Positions 1-9,320 of a DNA stretch of 37,671 nt are shown here, one piece after another (positions within the stretch are counted from its first letter, which is position 1; each line of letters begins with the position of its first letter). The notes under the pieces were generated by a model, which saw only the letters and a list, made by a program, of their open reading frames with translations, was not told the DNA's origin and did not search any database. The stretch covers positions 1 through 37,671 of the forward strand of contig CALVQM010000003.1 of NCBI GenBank assembly GCA_944358125.1, read 5' to 3'. A program made the position numbers and the translations under genes. Origin of the DNA: an uncultured Bacilli bacterium (GTDB taxonomy: Bacteria; Bacillota_I; Bacilli_A; RF39; UBA660).

Positions 1-80
1 AGAGAAAACCCTTTTTTTTTTTTTTTTTTAAAACGCATGGATACATGATCTACATCAATCATTATTTCTTTTTTCTTCAT
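1..80 (-). CDS. ABC transporter ATP-binding subunit (Wzt/TagH-like), 5' fragment running off the window
   Basis: ATG at 80 with GGAGG RBS just after the wzm stop; reads MKKKEIMIDVDHVSMRF, a typical Wzt N-terminus; sequence then degrades into an 18-nt homopolymer. Confidence 0.7.
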   Translation of the reverse strand, partial: MKKKEIMIDVDHVSMRFKKKKKKGFS

Positions 81-89
81 GTTGCCCTC

Positions 90-884
90 CTATACATAAT
101 AGATAAATTTGTCTTGATTTTTCTTAAAGACAAATATACCAATAAAGAATATTACTAATGCTGATACGGCACATCCTGCAAACTGACCAATAGTAGGACA
201 GTTACCGTAAAGAATTATAGTTCTCGCAAAATTAATAAATTGATACATCGGATTAAACTTCATAATGAATTGCAAAGTTGGATTAATAATTTCGATATCG
301 TACATAATTGGAGTTAAATATGTCCAAATCGTTGTAATAATACCATAGATGTAAAACATGTCTCTTAAAAATACAGAAATGGTAGACAAAATAAAGCCCA
401 TTCCTACGGTAAATAGAAATAGACAAATAAAAGCAAATGGTAATAAGAAATGCCACCAGTTAAGTCCTGTTCCCGTTGCTATAATAACAATATATAAAGG
501 TATTAAAGTTAATAGGAAGTTAATACCTACAAATAAACATTTGGATAATGGAAATATATATTTTGGAATATAAACTTTGTTAATAAGTGAGAAGTTACTA
601 ACAACACTGCTCATAGCTAGGTTTGAAGCTTCATTAAAATAATTGAAGAGTGTTAAACCAATCATTAAATATGCTAAATAACTTACACCTGGAGTACTCA
701 TTCTAAAGACATTCGAAAAAACAATCGCCATAACAGCCATCATTAAAATTGGATATAATAAACTCCAAAGTATACCTAATACACTTCTTTTATATTTTAC
801 TTTAAAATCTCTTGATACTAATTGTTGTAACAAAAAGCCATATTTGATCCATGTATATTTAATATTATTTAAAAATTTTGACAT
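90..884 (-). CDS. ABC-2 type polysaccharide/teichoic acid export permease (Wzm/TagG-like)
   Basis: RDFKVKYKRSVLGILWSLLYP N-terminal motif, LINKVYIPK, RDMFYI..W.YLTPIMY, FNPM; about 6 TM segments. Confidence 0.92.
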   Translation of the reverse strand: MSKFLNNIKYTWIKYGFLLQQLVSRDFKVKYKRSVLGILWSLLYPILMMAVMAIVFSNVFRMSTPGVSYLAYLMIGLTLFNYFNEASNLAMSSVVSNFSLINKVYIPKYIFPLSKCLFVGINFLLTLIPLYIVIIATGTGLNWWHFLLPFAFICLFLFTVGMGFILSTISVFLRDMFYIYGIITTIWTYLTPIMYDIEIINPTLQFIMKFNPMYQFINFARTIILYGNCPTIGQFAGCAVSALVIFFIGIFVFKKNQDKFIYYV

Positions 885-906
885 ACTTCTTTGGCCTCCT
901 ATCTTT

Positions 907-947
907 ATTATAGCATATATTAGACGATATCTGCAATATCGTCTAAT
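907..947 (-). promoter_or_regulatory. sigma-A-like promoter for wzm/wzt overlapped by a perfect 12-bp inverted repeat
   Basis: Minus-strand TGCTATAAT extended -10 (907-915) and TTGCAG -35 (931-936); IR ATTAGACGATAT (919-930) / ATATCGTCTAAT (936-947). Confidence 0.55.
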
Positions 948-961
948 TATCTTTTTTTAAA

Positions 962-2170
962 TTATTTTTTATCTAGTAATAACCAATCAATTATATTCAT
1001 TACTTTAATTCCATTAAAATCTTGATTTATGGTTTTATCCATAGTTAAAATTATTTTTTCATAATTATCTTTGATATTTTCTAAACTTCTTATTTCTCTA
1101 TCTCTAACTTTTTCGTCACTTATACTGAGTGATACTTGTAAATATATTATTTCGTTAGGATTTTCAGCAACAAAGTCAACTTCATATTCATAATTTTTTC
1201 CAATGCTTACTTTATATCCGCGTCTTAAAAGTTCTAGATAAACTACATTTTCTAATAAATGGCCTTCATTTATATTTCTAAAGCCTAAAATAATATTTCT
1301 TATACCTGTATCAGATATGTAATATTTCCCTAAAGTTTTTAATACTGATTTATCTTTGATATCAGTTCTATCTGCTTTATATATTATATATGATTTTTCT
1401 AGCATATTTAGATAATTGTCTATTGTTTGATGATTACAATTTGGGGTAATTTTATTGCTATTAAGATAATTACTTATCTTAGTTGATGATATTGGGCTGC
1501 CTATATTATTAGCTAAATATTTGATAATATTTTCTAGTAAAGTGGTATTTTTGAGATTATTTCGATCTATAATATCTTTTTTTACAATTGAATTATATAT
1601 ATCATTTAAATAAGATAATACTAATTCATCATTATTTTTGATTAATGTTATGGCTGGTAATCCGCCATATTTTAAGTATTCATTAAATTTGTCTTCTATG
1701 TTAATAGTATCATAATTATTAAATATTAAAAATTCTTTAAATGATAAAGGATACATTTTGATTTCAATATATCTTCCTGATAAGAGAGTGGAGAATTCGC
1801 TAGATAGCAAATAAGCATTAGAACCCGTTATATAAATATCTATATCAAAATCAACTTTAAAAGAATTTATGGCTTTTTCCCATGATTCTACATTTTGAAC
1901 TTCGTCTAACAATAAATATATTTTATCTTTTCTTATTTTGTCTTTAACAAATTGATATAAATCTTTATAATTTTTTATGTCATCATACATAGCTGACTCA
2001 AAATTTATATAAATTATATTGTCTTCTTTAACTTGATTATTAAGCAAGTAATCTTTGTACATTAGCATTAAAGTAGATTTTCCACTTCTTCTAAGACCAG
2101 TTATAACTTTTATAAACTCTGTATCTTTTAGCATTATCATTTTATTAAGATATTTTTCTCTTATTATCAT
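962..2170 (-). CDS. AAA_14 ATPase with DUF4143 (COG1373 family)
   Basis: Walker A GLRRSGKS, Walker B LLLDEVQ, ITGSNA, LSGR, YGGLP, KYYISDTG, LENVVYLEL, EVDF; start moved to ATG 2170 (MIIREKYL) after a GGTGA RBS. Confidence 0.9.
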   Translation of the reverse strand: MIIREKYLNKMIMLKDTEFIKVITGLRRSGKSTLMLMYKDYLLNNQVKEDNIIYINFESAMYDDIKNYKDLYQFVKDKIRKDKIYLLLDEVQNVESWEKAINSFKVDFDIDIYITGSNAYLLSSEFSTLLSGRYIEIKMYPLSFKEFLIFNNYDTINIEDKFNEYLKYGGLPAITLIKNNDELVLSYLNDIYNSIVKKDIIDRNNLKNTTLLENIIKYLANNIGSPISSTKISNYLNSNKITPNCNHQTIDNYLNMLEKSYIIYKADRTDIKDKSVLKTLGKYYISDTGIRNIILGFRNINEGHLLENVVYLELLRRGYKVSIGKNYEYEVDFVAENPNEIIYLQVSLSISDEKVRDREIRSLENIKDNYEKIILTMDKTINQDFNGIKVMNIIDWLLLDKK

Positions 2171-2275
2171 AATATTCACCCATCTACATAATATCATATG
2201 TTAAAAAGTTTTGCAAGTGTATTTGCTAAACTTTATTTTTTTTAACTTTTTGCAAGTGTGTTTTAAAAATTATTT

Positions 2276-3679
2276 TTACTTTATAAAAGTTATGCTTGAT
2301 AAAAATAGCAAAGGAATAAAGATAGCTATTTGGCTAAATATGTTTCCGGTTAAATAGGCGATAAGCAAGAAAAGAGTAATGGATGCAGTAATTAAAACTT
2401 GAAAATAATTGAAATTTTTAATCATTTTAATAATACTTAACACCCATAAACCTGCATACATACCTAAAAATAAGATACAGCCAAGAATACCAAAGGCATA
2501 ATATTGTAAAACGTAATCTCGTTCAATATTAAAAATATTTTGAATGCGGTCATTTGTTATACCAAGCCAAATATCTTTTTTATTATCATTTATTTCTACT
2601 ACTCTTTTAACCATACTAATTTCTAAATAACGATAATCTGCTCTTTTATTAATTGGCTCATTTAAAATATCTAGCCAAAACTCTGGGTCATATTCATATG
2701 GATAACTATGTAAAATGAAATTTTCATTAATCAGTTTTTCTTCATAGTGATTTTTAATATATTCTATATCACTAATATAAGTATCTGCAGTAGATGCAAC
2801 TAGACCTTTAATACTTTTAGGCATTAAATAATCATATACTTCATATCTACTAAAAGTTGGTGAAAACGGAAGAAGAGAAGCATAAACTATTATGATTATG
2901 CCACAAAGTCCGAGTTTTTTCCATTGCAATTTTTCTTTCTTAAGAAAACTTAAAAACATGTAAGCTAGGATTGAGGCAATAAGAACCATTATACTACCTA
3001 AATTTGATACTCTTGTTCCAAGCATTAGGGCAGCAAGCATAATAATAGCTACATACAAAATATTTAGTTTATCTTTAAAGAAAAAATAGCTAGCTAAAGG
3101 AATTAGTACTACTAGAAGACATGCGATTTGATTAGCATACATAAAGAAGCCTTTACTAGCTAATTCATTATAAATATAGTTATTGCTAAACCAGCTAAAG
3201 ATACTTCCTTTTATTACTTCATTATTATAACTACTTAGGGATATGCCAAGGATATTTGTAATAATAATACTGCCACCTATGATAATAATCCAAGATTTTA
3301 TTACTTTCCGGTAATCTTCTTTTTCTAAATTAGAATAATACATTAAATAAATAAAGAATACGGGAATACTCATTTTTACTAAGTAAAGGATTTCATCTAA
3401 ATAGTTATAGTTAAAATTTTCCGGAACTAGTGAATGAAAATCTAGAGCATTCAAATGATGAAATATACCATATATAAGCAAAAAGATTGTATAGATGATA
3501 AGATATTTAATACTTTTTCGGGACTCTTTGTTAATAAAAAATGTCCATAGCAAAAAAATTGCTATGAAAACAATTTGAATTAAAGTAGCATAGTTGTTAT
3601 AAAATATTTCTAGACTAAATACAGGATAGATACACAATAATATCAATAGTAGTCTTTTATAATTTTTAATTTGTAACAT
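2276..3679 (-). CDS. O-antigen ligase/Wzy-like polytopic membrane protein
   Basis: 10+ TM segments; KGFFMYANQ, LMLGTRV, ERDYVLQYYAFGILG motifs; glycan-cluster context. Confidence 0.75.
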   Translation of the reverse strand: MLQIKNYKRLLLILLCIYPVFSLEIFYNNYATLIQIVFIAIFLLWTFFINKESRKSIKYLIIYTIFLLIYGIFHHLNALDFHSLVPENFNYNYLDEILYLVKMSIPVFFIYLMYYSNLEKEDYRKVIKSWIIIIGGSIIITNILGISLSSYNNEVIKGSIFSWFSNNYIYNELASKGFFMYANQIACLLVVLIPLASYFFFKDKLNILYVAIIMLAALMLGTRVSNLGSIMVLIASILAYMFLSFLKKEKLQWKKLGLCGIIIIVYASLLPFSPTFSRYEVYDYLMPKSIKGLVASTADTYISDIEYIKNHYEEKLINENFILHSYPYEYDPEFWLDILNEPINKRADYRYLEISMVKRVVEINDNKKDIWLGITNDRIQNIFNIERDYVLQYYAFGILGCILFLGMYAGLWVLSIIKMIKNFNYFQVLITASITLFLLIAYLTGNIFSQIAIFIPLLFLSSITFIK

Positions 3680-3680
3680 A

Positions 3681-4745
3681 TTAATCCTTCAACTTCTTCT
3701 TTTTGTGTTTAGAATGATCATATAATATATCGGTTTTTAAAACAACAAATAAGAGCAAAATCATTAAGGCAACATAAATCGCTATAGCTATTTTATTATC
3801 GCCTAAAACATAAAATATGGATACAGCCGCAAATAAAATGTTAATAAAATAAATGATTAATATGCTTTTGGTTGGTGAATAACGCATTTTTAATAATTGA
3901 TGATGAAAATGCTCTTTATCAGCTTTACCAATATTTTGATGTTTTAATAATCTTCTTAAAATAGCAAAGGCTGTATCGAATATTGGTATAGCAAGTATAC
4001 ATAATGGAACAATTAAGGATGTAATAGTAGTTATTTTAAATCCTAATAAAGCTATAATAGATATCATATATCCTAAAAATAAACTTCCGGTATCACCCAT
4101 AAATATTCTAGCTGGTGGAAAATTATAGAGTAAGAAACCTAGAGTTGATCCTAACATAATTAAAGATAAAATAATGTCTAGACCACCTATTTGATTAAGT
4201 AAAAAGGCAATAATGGCAATAGTTAAGAAATAAATGGAAGATACTCCGGCGGCTAGGCCATCCAAGCCATCAATAAAATTGATGGAGTTTGTTATAGCTA
4301 CAATAAATAAGGTGGATATAAAATAACTTACATATTCATTAATGTAGAATTTCATACCAAACAAACTAATTTCTGTAAAATAAACTTCACCATAAATTAC
4401 TACTAATAAAGCAGCAGCAATTTGAGCAATTAATTTGTATCTAGCTTTTATCGGTTTAATATCATCAAATATACCTGTTAATATTAAAATAAAACCACCT
4501 ATTAATATTGATATCATTTGCGTATTTATTTCGCCAAATATGGCATATCCAATTAAGAAAGCACCATATATAGCTAAGCCACCTAATCTAGGCATAGGTT
4601 TTTTATGTACTTTTCTTTCATTTGGATAATCTAATGCACCGATGTGAAGAGCAATTTTTTTGGCTAATGGTGTTAATAGAGCACTAATTAGAAAAGTTAT
4701 TGCTACTATTAAAAACACATTAAAACCATTTACTTCTAAGTTCAT
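3681..4745 (-). CDS. tagO: Undecaprenyl-phosphate GlcNAc-1-phosphate transferase (glycosyltransferase family 4, TagO/WecA)
   Basis: RKVHKKPMPRLGGLA, GIFDD, NSINFIDGLDGLA, NFPPARIFMGDTGS, DKEHFHHQL. Confidence 0.9.
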   Translation of the reverse strand: MNLEVNGFNVFLIVAITFLISALLTPLAKKIALHIGALDYPNERKVHKKPMPRLGGLAIYGAFLIGYAIFGEINTQMISILIGGFILILTGIFDDIKPIKARYKLIAQIAAALLVVIYGEVYFTEISLFGMKFYINEYVSYFISTLFIVAITNSINFIDGLDGLAAGVSSIYFLTIAIIAFLLNQIGGLDIILSLIMLGSTLGFLLYNFPPARIFMGDTGSLFLGYMISIIALLGFKITTITSLIVPLCILAIPIFDTAFAILRRLLKHQNIGKADKEHFHHQLLKMRYSPTKSILIIYFINILFAAVSIFYVLGDNKIAIAIYVALMILLLFVVLKTDILYDHSKHKKKKLKD

Positions 4746-4810
4746 ATTACCACCTTATAATTCATTATATCAATAAAAGTTGAATTAGTAAAAGCATTTT
4801 TTAGCATTTT

Positions 4811-4840
4811 AAAAAAGAATGTCCAATTTTTGAACATTCT
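4811..4840 (-). terminator. Intrinsic terminator after the cysS-yugP-like pair
   Basis: Minus strand AGAATGTTCA-aaaat-TGGACATTCT followed by a T-run. Confidence 0.65.
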
Positions 4841-5465
4841 ATCTAAAATAATTAATAAAACTATAGGGCATGGTAGCTATCTTTGTTAAAGAAATTAGAA
4901 GACAATATTTTTTATAATTTTCTATTGGTTTAATTAGACGCTCTTTTTCTATTTGCTCATATAGCTTATCTAATTCTTCTTTACTTTTAAATAAGCTTGC
5001 TAGTAAAATAAATTCTATAATAAAAGCTACTATAAATATAAGTGTACCTAAACGAATTGTAAATATATGATGAGTAATACTTCCTAGAATGATTAATACA
5101 TAACTTATTAGTACTAAAAAAGCATTTATTTTACGAGCTAAAGAAATATTCTTCCGGTTTGGATCAGCTTCTAAAGCAGTGTTTATGGCTATAATCCCTG
5201 CATAAGCATTTTCACCGTCAAAGACATCAGGTGATAATTTAATTACATTACGTTCTTTGTTATAATGATCTAAATATTTACCATTTTTCTTAATAATATG
5301 TGGTTCTTCTTCACAATAAACACTTGTTAGTTTTCTTGCTATTTCAAAGCCTGATAAATTAGCTTTATTTTTTAGTTCTTTGGTCGTTTCGGCAACAGTT
5401 CTAATAAGAATATTTATTAATACTAATAATATTAAAACAATAATAAACAAGATATCTATAATCAT
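4839..5465 (-). CDS. YugP-like (Zn_peptidase_2) membrane protein lacking HEXXH
   Basis: LSGFEIAR, G.YLDHYN....IKLSPDVF match the YugP N-terminal half; the expected AAHExGH is replaced by IAINTALE; overlaps the cysS stop by 1 nt. Confidence 0.6.
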   Translation of the reverse strand: MIIDILFIIVLILLVLINILIRTVAETTKELKNKANLSGFEIARKLTSVYCEEEPHIIKKNGKYLDHYNKERNVIKLSPDVFDGENAYAGIIAINTALEADPNRKNISLARKINAFLVLISYVLIILGSITHHIFTIRLGTLIFIVAFIIEFILLASLFKSKEELDKLYEQIEKERLIKPIENYKKYCLLISLTKIATMPYSFINYFR

Positions 5466-6850
5466 TATTTTACCTCATAGATGGTTCCTTCACGAGTATC
5501 TTTTAAAATAATTCCATCTTTTTCTAATTTACCTCTTATTTCATCTGCTAAAGCAAAATCTTTATTCTTTTTAGCTTCACTTCTTTTTTCAATCATTTCT
5601 AAAATATAAACTTCATCTATATTTTTCTTTTCTTCTTTAAGTAAATCTAGAGATAAGACTTTATCCATTTCTTTAATTATTTCTAGTTTTGTAAGATCGC
5701 TAGTATCCTCTTTTAGAATATCATACAATAAAGTTATGGCATTAGCTGTATTTAAATCGTCTTCTAGACATTCTTTAAATCTGGTAACATATGTTTCTTT
5801 TAGCTTTTCATCTAATATACCTTCTTGTTTTAAAGCTTTTATTCTTGCTTTTAATTTGTTATAAGCGTTCTGTGCACCACTTAAAGAGTCAAGAGAAAAT
5901 GTTAATTGTTTGCGGTAATGACTAAGTAAAACCATAAAACGATAGCTTAATGGATTAAAGCCATTTTCTTCTAAATAAGACACGGTTAAAACATGGCCTT
6001 TCGATTTACTCATTTTACCTGTGGCATCATTTAAGTGTTCCCCGTGTACCCAATATTTACACCATTCATGGCCAAGATAAGCTTCACTTTGCGCTATTTC
6101 ATTGGTATGATGAGGGAATATATTATCTACTCCTCCACAATGAATATCTAAATATTCGCCAAGATATTTTATCGAAATACCACTACATTCAATATGCCAA
6201 CCAGGATAACCTTTACCAAAAGGACTATCCCATTTTAATTCCTGGGAATCAAATTTTGATTTGGTAAACCATAAAGCAAAGTCAGTTTTATTTTTTTTGT
6301 TAGTATCTTCTTCTACAGTATCTCTAACACCACTAATTAGTTCTTCACCAACATGATTAGTTAGTTTGTAATAATCATCTAATTTAGATGTATCAAAATA
6401 TACGTTTCCTCCTGCCTGATAAGCATATCCTGTATCTAATAGTTTTGTAATAATTTTAATGTATTCATCTATGTTTTTGGTGGCTGGACTAACAATATCA
6501 GGTTTTTTAATATTTAATTTTTCCGCGTCTTTAAAGAATGCTTCAGTATAAAATTTAGCAATATCTAATACAGTTTTATTTTCTTTTTTAGCACTCTTAA
6601 CCATTTTATCATCACCAGTATCAGCATCACTTGTTAGATGGCCTACGTCTGTTATATTCATAACACGTGTTACATCAAATCCAATAAACCGTAATGTTTT
6701 TTCTAGTATATCTTCCATGATATATGTTCTTAAGTTACCAATGTGAGCATAACTGTAAACCGTAGGACCACAAGTGTACATTTTTACAACTCCCTTTTCC
6801 CAGGGAATAAAATTCTCTATTTTTCTAGTTAAAGTATTATATAATTTCAT
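5465..6850 (-). CDS. cysS: Cysteine--tRNA ligase
   Basis: MYTCGPTVY, HIGN, NITDVGH, DFALW, PGWHIECS, FPHHTNEIAQ, KMSKS; start taken as ATG 6850. Confidence 0.97.
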   Translation of the reverse strand: MKLYNTLTRKIENFIPWEKGVVKMYTCGPTVYSYAHIGNLRTYIMEDILEKTLRFIGFDVTRVMNITDVGHLTSDADTGDDKMVKSAKKENKTVLDIAKFYTEAFFKDAEKLNIKKPDIVSPATKNIDEYIKIITKLLDTGYAYQAGGNVYFDTSKLDDYYKLTNHVGEELISGVRDTVEEDTNKKNKTDFALWFTKSKFDSQELKWDSPFGKGYPGWHIECSGISIKYLGEYLDIHCGGVDNIFPHHTNEIAQSEAYLGHEWCKYWVHGEHLNDATGKMSKSKGHVLTVSYLEENGFNPLSYRFMVLLSHYRKQLTFSLDSLSGAQNAYNKLKARIKALKQEGILDEKLKETYVTRFKECLEDDLNTANAITLLYDILKEDTSDLTKLEIIKEMDKVLSLDLLKEEKKNIDEVYILEMIEKRSEAKKNKDFALADEIRGKLEKDGIILKDTREGTIYEVK

Positions 6851-7002
6851 ATGCAAAGTTTCCTTTCTTGCTATTATTATATTATAAAGTCAGATGAATT
6901 TAAAGAATTATATTAAAGAAAATGATTAATAAATTTGTGATGTCAATTATTAACATTGAACTTTTAAAAAAATAGAGAAATTTGGGGATATTCTTATAAG
7001 AT

Positions 7003-7035
7003 AAAAAGGATTATTAATAAGCATATTAATAATCC
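7003..7035 (-). terminator. Intrinsic terminator of the 171-aa hypothetical gene
   Basis: Perfect 11-bp stem GGATTATTAAT/ATTAATAATCC with a T5 tail on the minus strand. Confidence 0.7.
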
Positions 7036-7046
7036 AAAATTACAAT

Positions 7047-7562
7047 TTAATGACGAGCTTTATTTTCTGTTTCTTCTAACATATAGCCATATGAGGTATT
7101 TATAGCATCAATTAATTTAGTTGCTTGTTCTAAATTAAGATCTCCTTTTTGACATTTAGTTTTAATATTATTCAAGTGTTGTTCCATTTCCATTTCAAGT
7201 TCTTCTCTAGTTTTAGGTCTTGCTACTAAATGTGATTCACTTGCGTTACTTGCTAAAACGCCTTCCGTTATAACTTTATCTGATGGTCTGGTACCATAGC
7301 GATAGCTTAAATATTGATCAGCAGCCTTTTTAGCTTTTTCTTTTTCAATTTGATTTAAATAATCTTGATGTAGCATTTCTTCTATTTGTTTTAAATTATC
7401 TAGTCTTTCATAGCCTTTATCTACAGCTATTTGAATTGATGTACTACTCAAGGTAATTTCTCCTTGAACCCAGCGTTTCATTAGATCTTCTATTTTTTTC
7501 TCTAATTCCCATCTTTCAGAAAATGCTTTCATATAGCTTTCGTATATTTCTTGACTTTTCAT
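7047..7562 (-). CDS. Hypothetical helical/coiled-coil protein, 171 aa
   Basis: Open ORF with GGGAG RBS and its own terminator; no family recognised. Confidence 0.65.
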   Translation of the reverse strand: MKSQEIYESYMKAFSERWELEKKIEDLMKRWVQGEITLSSTSIQIAVDKGYERLDNLKQIEEMLHQDYLNQIEKEKAKKAADQYLSYRYGTRPSDKVITEGVLASNASESHLVARPKTREELEMEMEQHLNNIKTKCQKGDLNLEQATKLIDAINTSYGYMLEETENKARH

Positions 7563-7772
7563 AATAGTATTCTCCCTCTATTATTATTTTAACATTTTTT
7601 TCTTTATTAATATTTATTTTCCTTCTTGACATTTAATTGTCATAATATAAAATTGGCTTGGATTTTAATTTTATTATCACATTTTTCCATAGTTTTCCAT
7701 GTCTATTTTTCACAAAAATCTATAGTTTTTAAACTTTTGTTTTCACCTTTTTCTTATTAGCTAGAATATTTA

Positions 7773-9320
7773 TCATAATTCGTTATTCAGATTGTAGTTA
7801 ATCGATTCTTGTTGTTCATTAATAATCAAGCTTGTAGTTGTAAGTAGCATTCCCGCGATTGATACAGCATTTTTTAAGCTTGTGATAACTACAGTAGTGG
7901 GATCTATTACTTTGGTTTTTGATATTGTTTCAAATTTGTTTTCGAAAACATTATAAATTATATCAAAATCACTGGCTTTTATTTTATTATAAATATTACT
8001 TGGATTAATGCCGACATTTTCTAAAATTTGCATAAACGGTTTGTCTAATGCTTCTTTTAAAATGATTGAACCATTATTTTTTGTTTCTAAATTTTCTTTT
8101 ATTTTTAATAAAATTAAGCCACTTCCGGGAATAATGCCATTTGCTGCACAATTTAGAGCACAAAAGGCATCATCAAATCGCATCTTTTTTTCTCTAGCTT
8201 CCGTTGTAGTAGTAGCTCCCACATAAATAATACCTATTCCGTTGGTTAATTTAGATAGTCTATTACTCTGAAATTCTAATTCAAAGTCATCATCTATGGT
8301 GCTAATTTTTTCTTTTAAGTTATTAATGTATCTTTTTATAACTTTACTTTGCAAATTATTATTAATTGTTGCAAGTTCTTTCGTGATTTTTATTTCTTCG
8401 CACTTTCCTAAATTATTTAAGCTTAATTCATCAGATGATTTTGCTATTTTGGCATTGCTAATTATTTCTAAATCTTTTAAAACTTCCATTTGATGAAGGC
8501 CATATTCCGGTAATTTAAGTAAGGTAACGTTTGTTATTTTACTTAAATTTAAAGATAAAACCTCATTTATTACTTCTTCTGTATAATCAGTAGCTAGTAT
8601 TACAAGAGGTATTCTTTTTTCAATAGTATAATTTATGATTTCACTAATCTCTCCTATTTCGTTTACTTCTTTTAGCATAATTAAGATTAAACTATTTTTA
8701 TATATTATTTCATTTGTGTTATTAAAAAAGTAAGGAGAAGCTAGTAGGGGTTCAAAACTATAACCATTTATAATTTTAGTATAAGTTTCACTGGTTTTAC
8801 TTTCTTCTATCTTGATAGCACTACCCACTTTTAAATACATTCTGGTTATCAGTTTTCCAATGTTTTTGTTGCTAGCAGCGATACTGGCAATATTATAATA
8901 GTTTTCTTCCGTTGGAATTTTACTTTCTTTTTTTATTTCTTCTATTATATTTTCTAAAGCTTCATCTAATTCATTTTTTAATAGGTGAGGATTTAGACCA
9001 TCTTTAATTTTAGCTAATCCACTTTTAAATAGGCTTTCTAATAAAACTAAAGTTGTAGTGGTACCATCTCCTACAGTCTCATCCGTTTTAATAGACGCTT
9101 CTTTGGCAAGAGTAAGAATGGTATTGATCCGTTCATCTTCACTTTCTATGTTTCTAGCTATAGTTACACCATCATTGGTTATAAATGGACTAAACATGGA
9201 ATGATCAATAATCGCATTAGAACCTCTTGGGCCTAAAGTGTTTTTTACAGTACCACATAATAATTCAATTGCTTTTAACTTACATACATTTAATTCTTCA
9301 CCTGTTATTACTTTTTTCAT
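7773..9320 (-). CDS. Divergent group I chaperonin (GroEL/Cpn60 paralog)
   Basis: TLGPRG, ITNDGVTIA, GDGTTT, SPYF, EKKMRFDDA, VIDPT..SLKNAVSIAGMLLTT; no GGM tail; start probably ATG 9320, overlapping the upstream gene. Confidence 0.9.
   Translation of the reverse strand: MKKVITGEELNVCKLKAIELLCGTVKNTLGPRGSNAIIDHSMFSPFITNDGVTIARNIESEDERINTILTLAKEASIKTDETVGDGTTTTLVLLESLFKSGLAKIKDGLNPHLLKNELDEALENIIEEIKKESKIPTEENYYNIASIAASNKNIGKLITRMYLKVGSAIKIEESKTSETYTKIINGYSFEPLLASPYFFNNTNEIIYKNSLILIMLKEVNEIGEISEIINYTIEKRIPLVILATDYTEEVINEVLSLNLSKITNVTLLKLPEYGLHQMEVLKDLEIISNAKIAKSSDELSLNNLGKCEEIKITKELATINNNLQSKVIKRYINNLKEKISTIDDDFELEFQSNRLSKLTNGIGIIYVGATTTTEAREKKMRFDDAFCALNCAANGIIPGSGLILLKIKENLETKNNGSIILKEALDKPFMQILENVGINPSNIYNKIKASDFDIIYNVFENKFETISKTKVIDPTTVVITSLKNAVSIAGMLLTTTSLIINEQQESINYNLNNEL

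Noticed and set aside
12-29. 18-nt poly-T inside the wzt fragment as a phase-variation tract
   Set aside because: It lies at the extreme sequence end where Wzt-like sequence stops; a read-end or assembly artefact is more likely
6588-6596. CIRCE half-site TTAGCACTC
   Set aside because: It is inside cysS, lacks the second arm and is not upstream of the chaperonin
6851-7046. T-box leader for cysS
   Set aside because: No T-box consensus (TGGNACCGCG) or specifier stem seen, and a -10-like TATAAT lies only about 30 nt from the start
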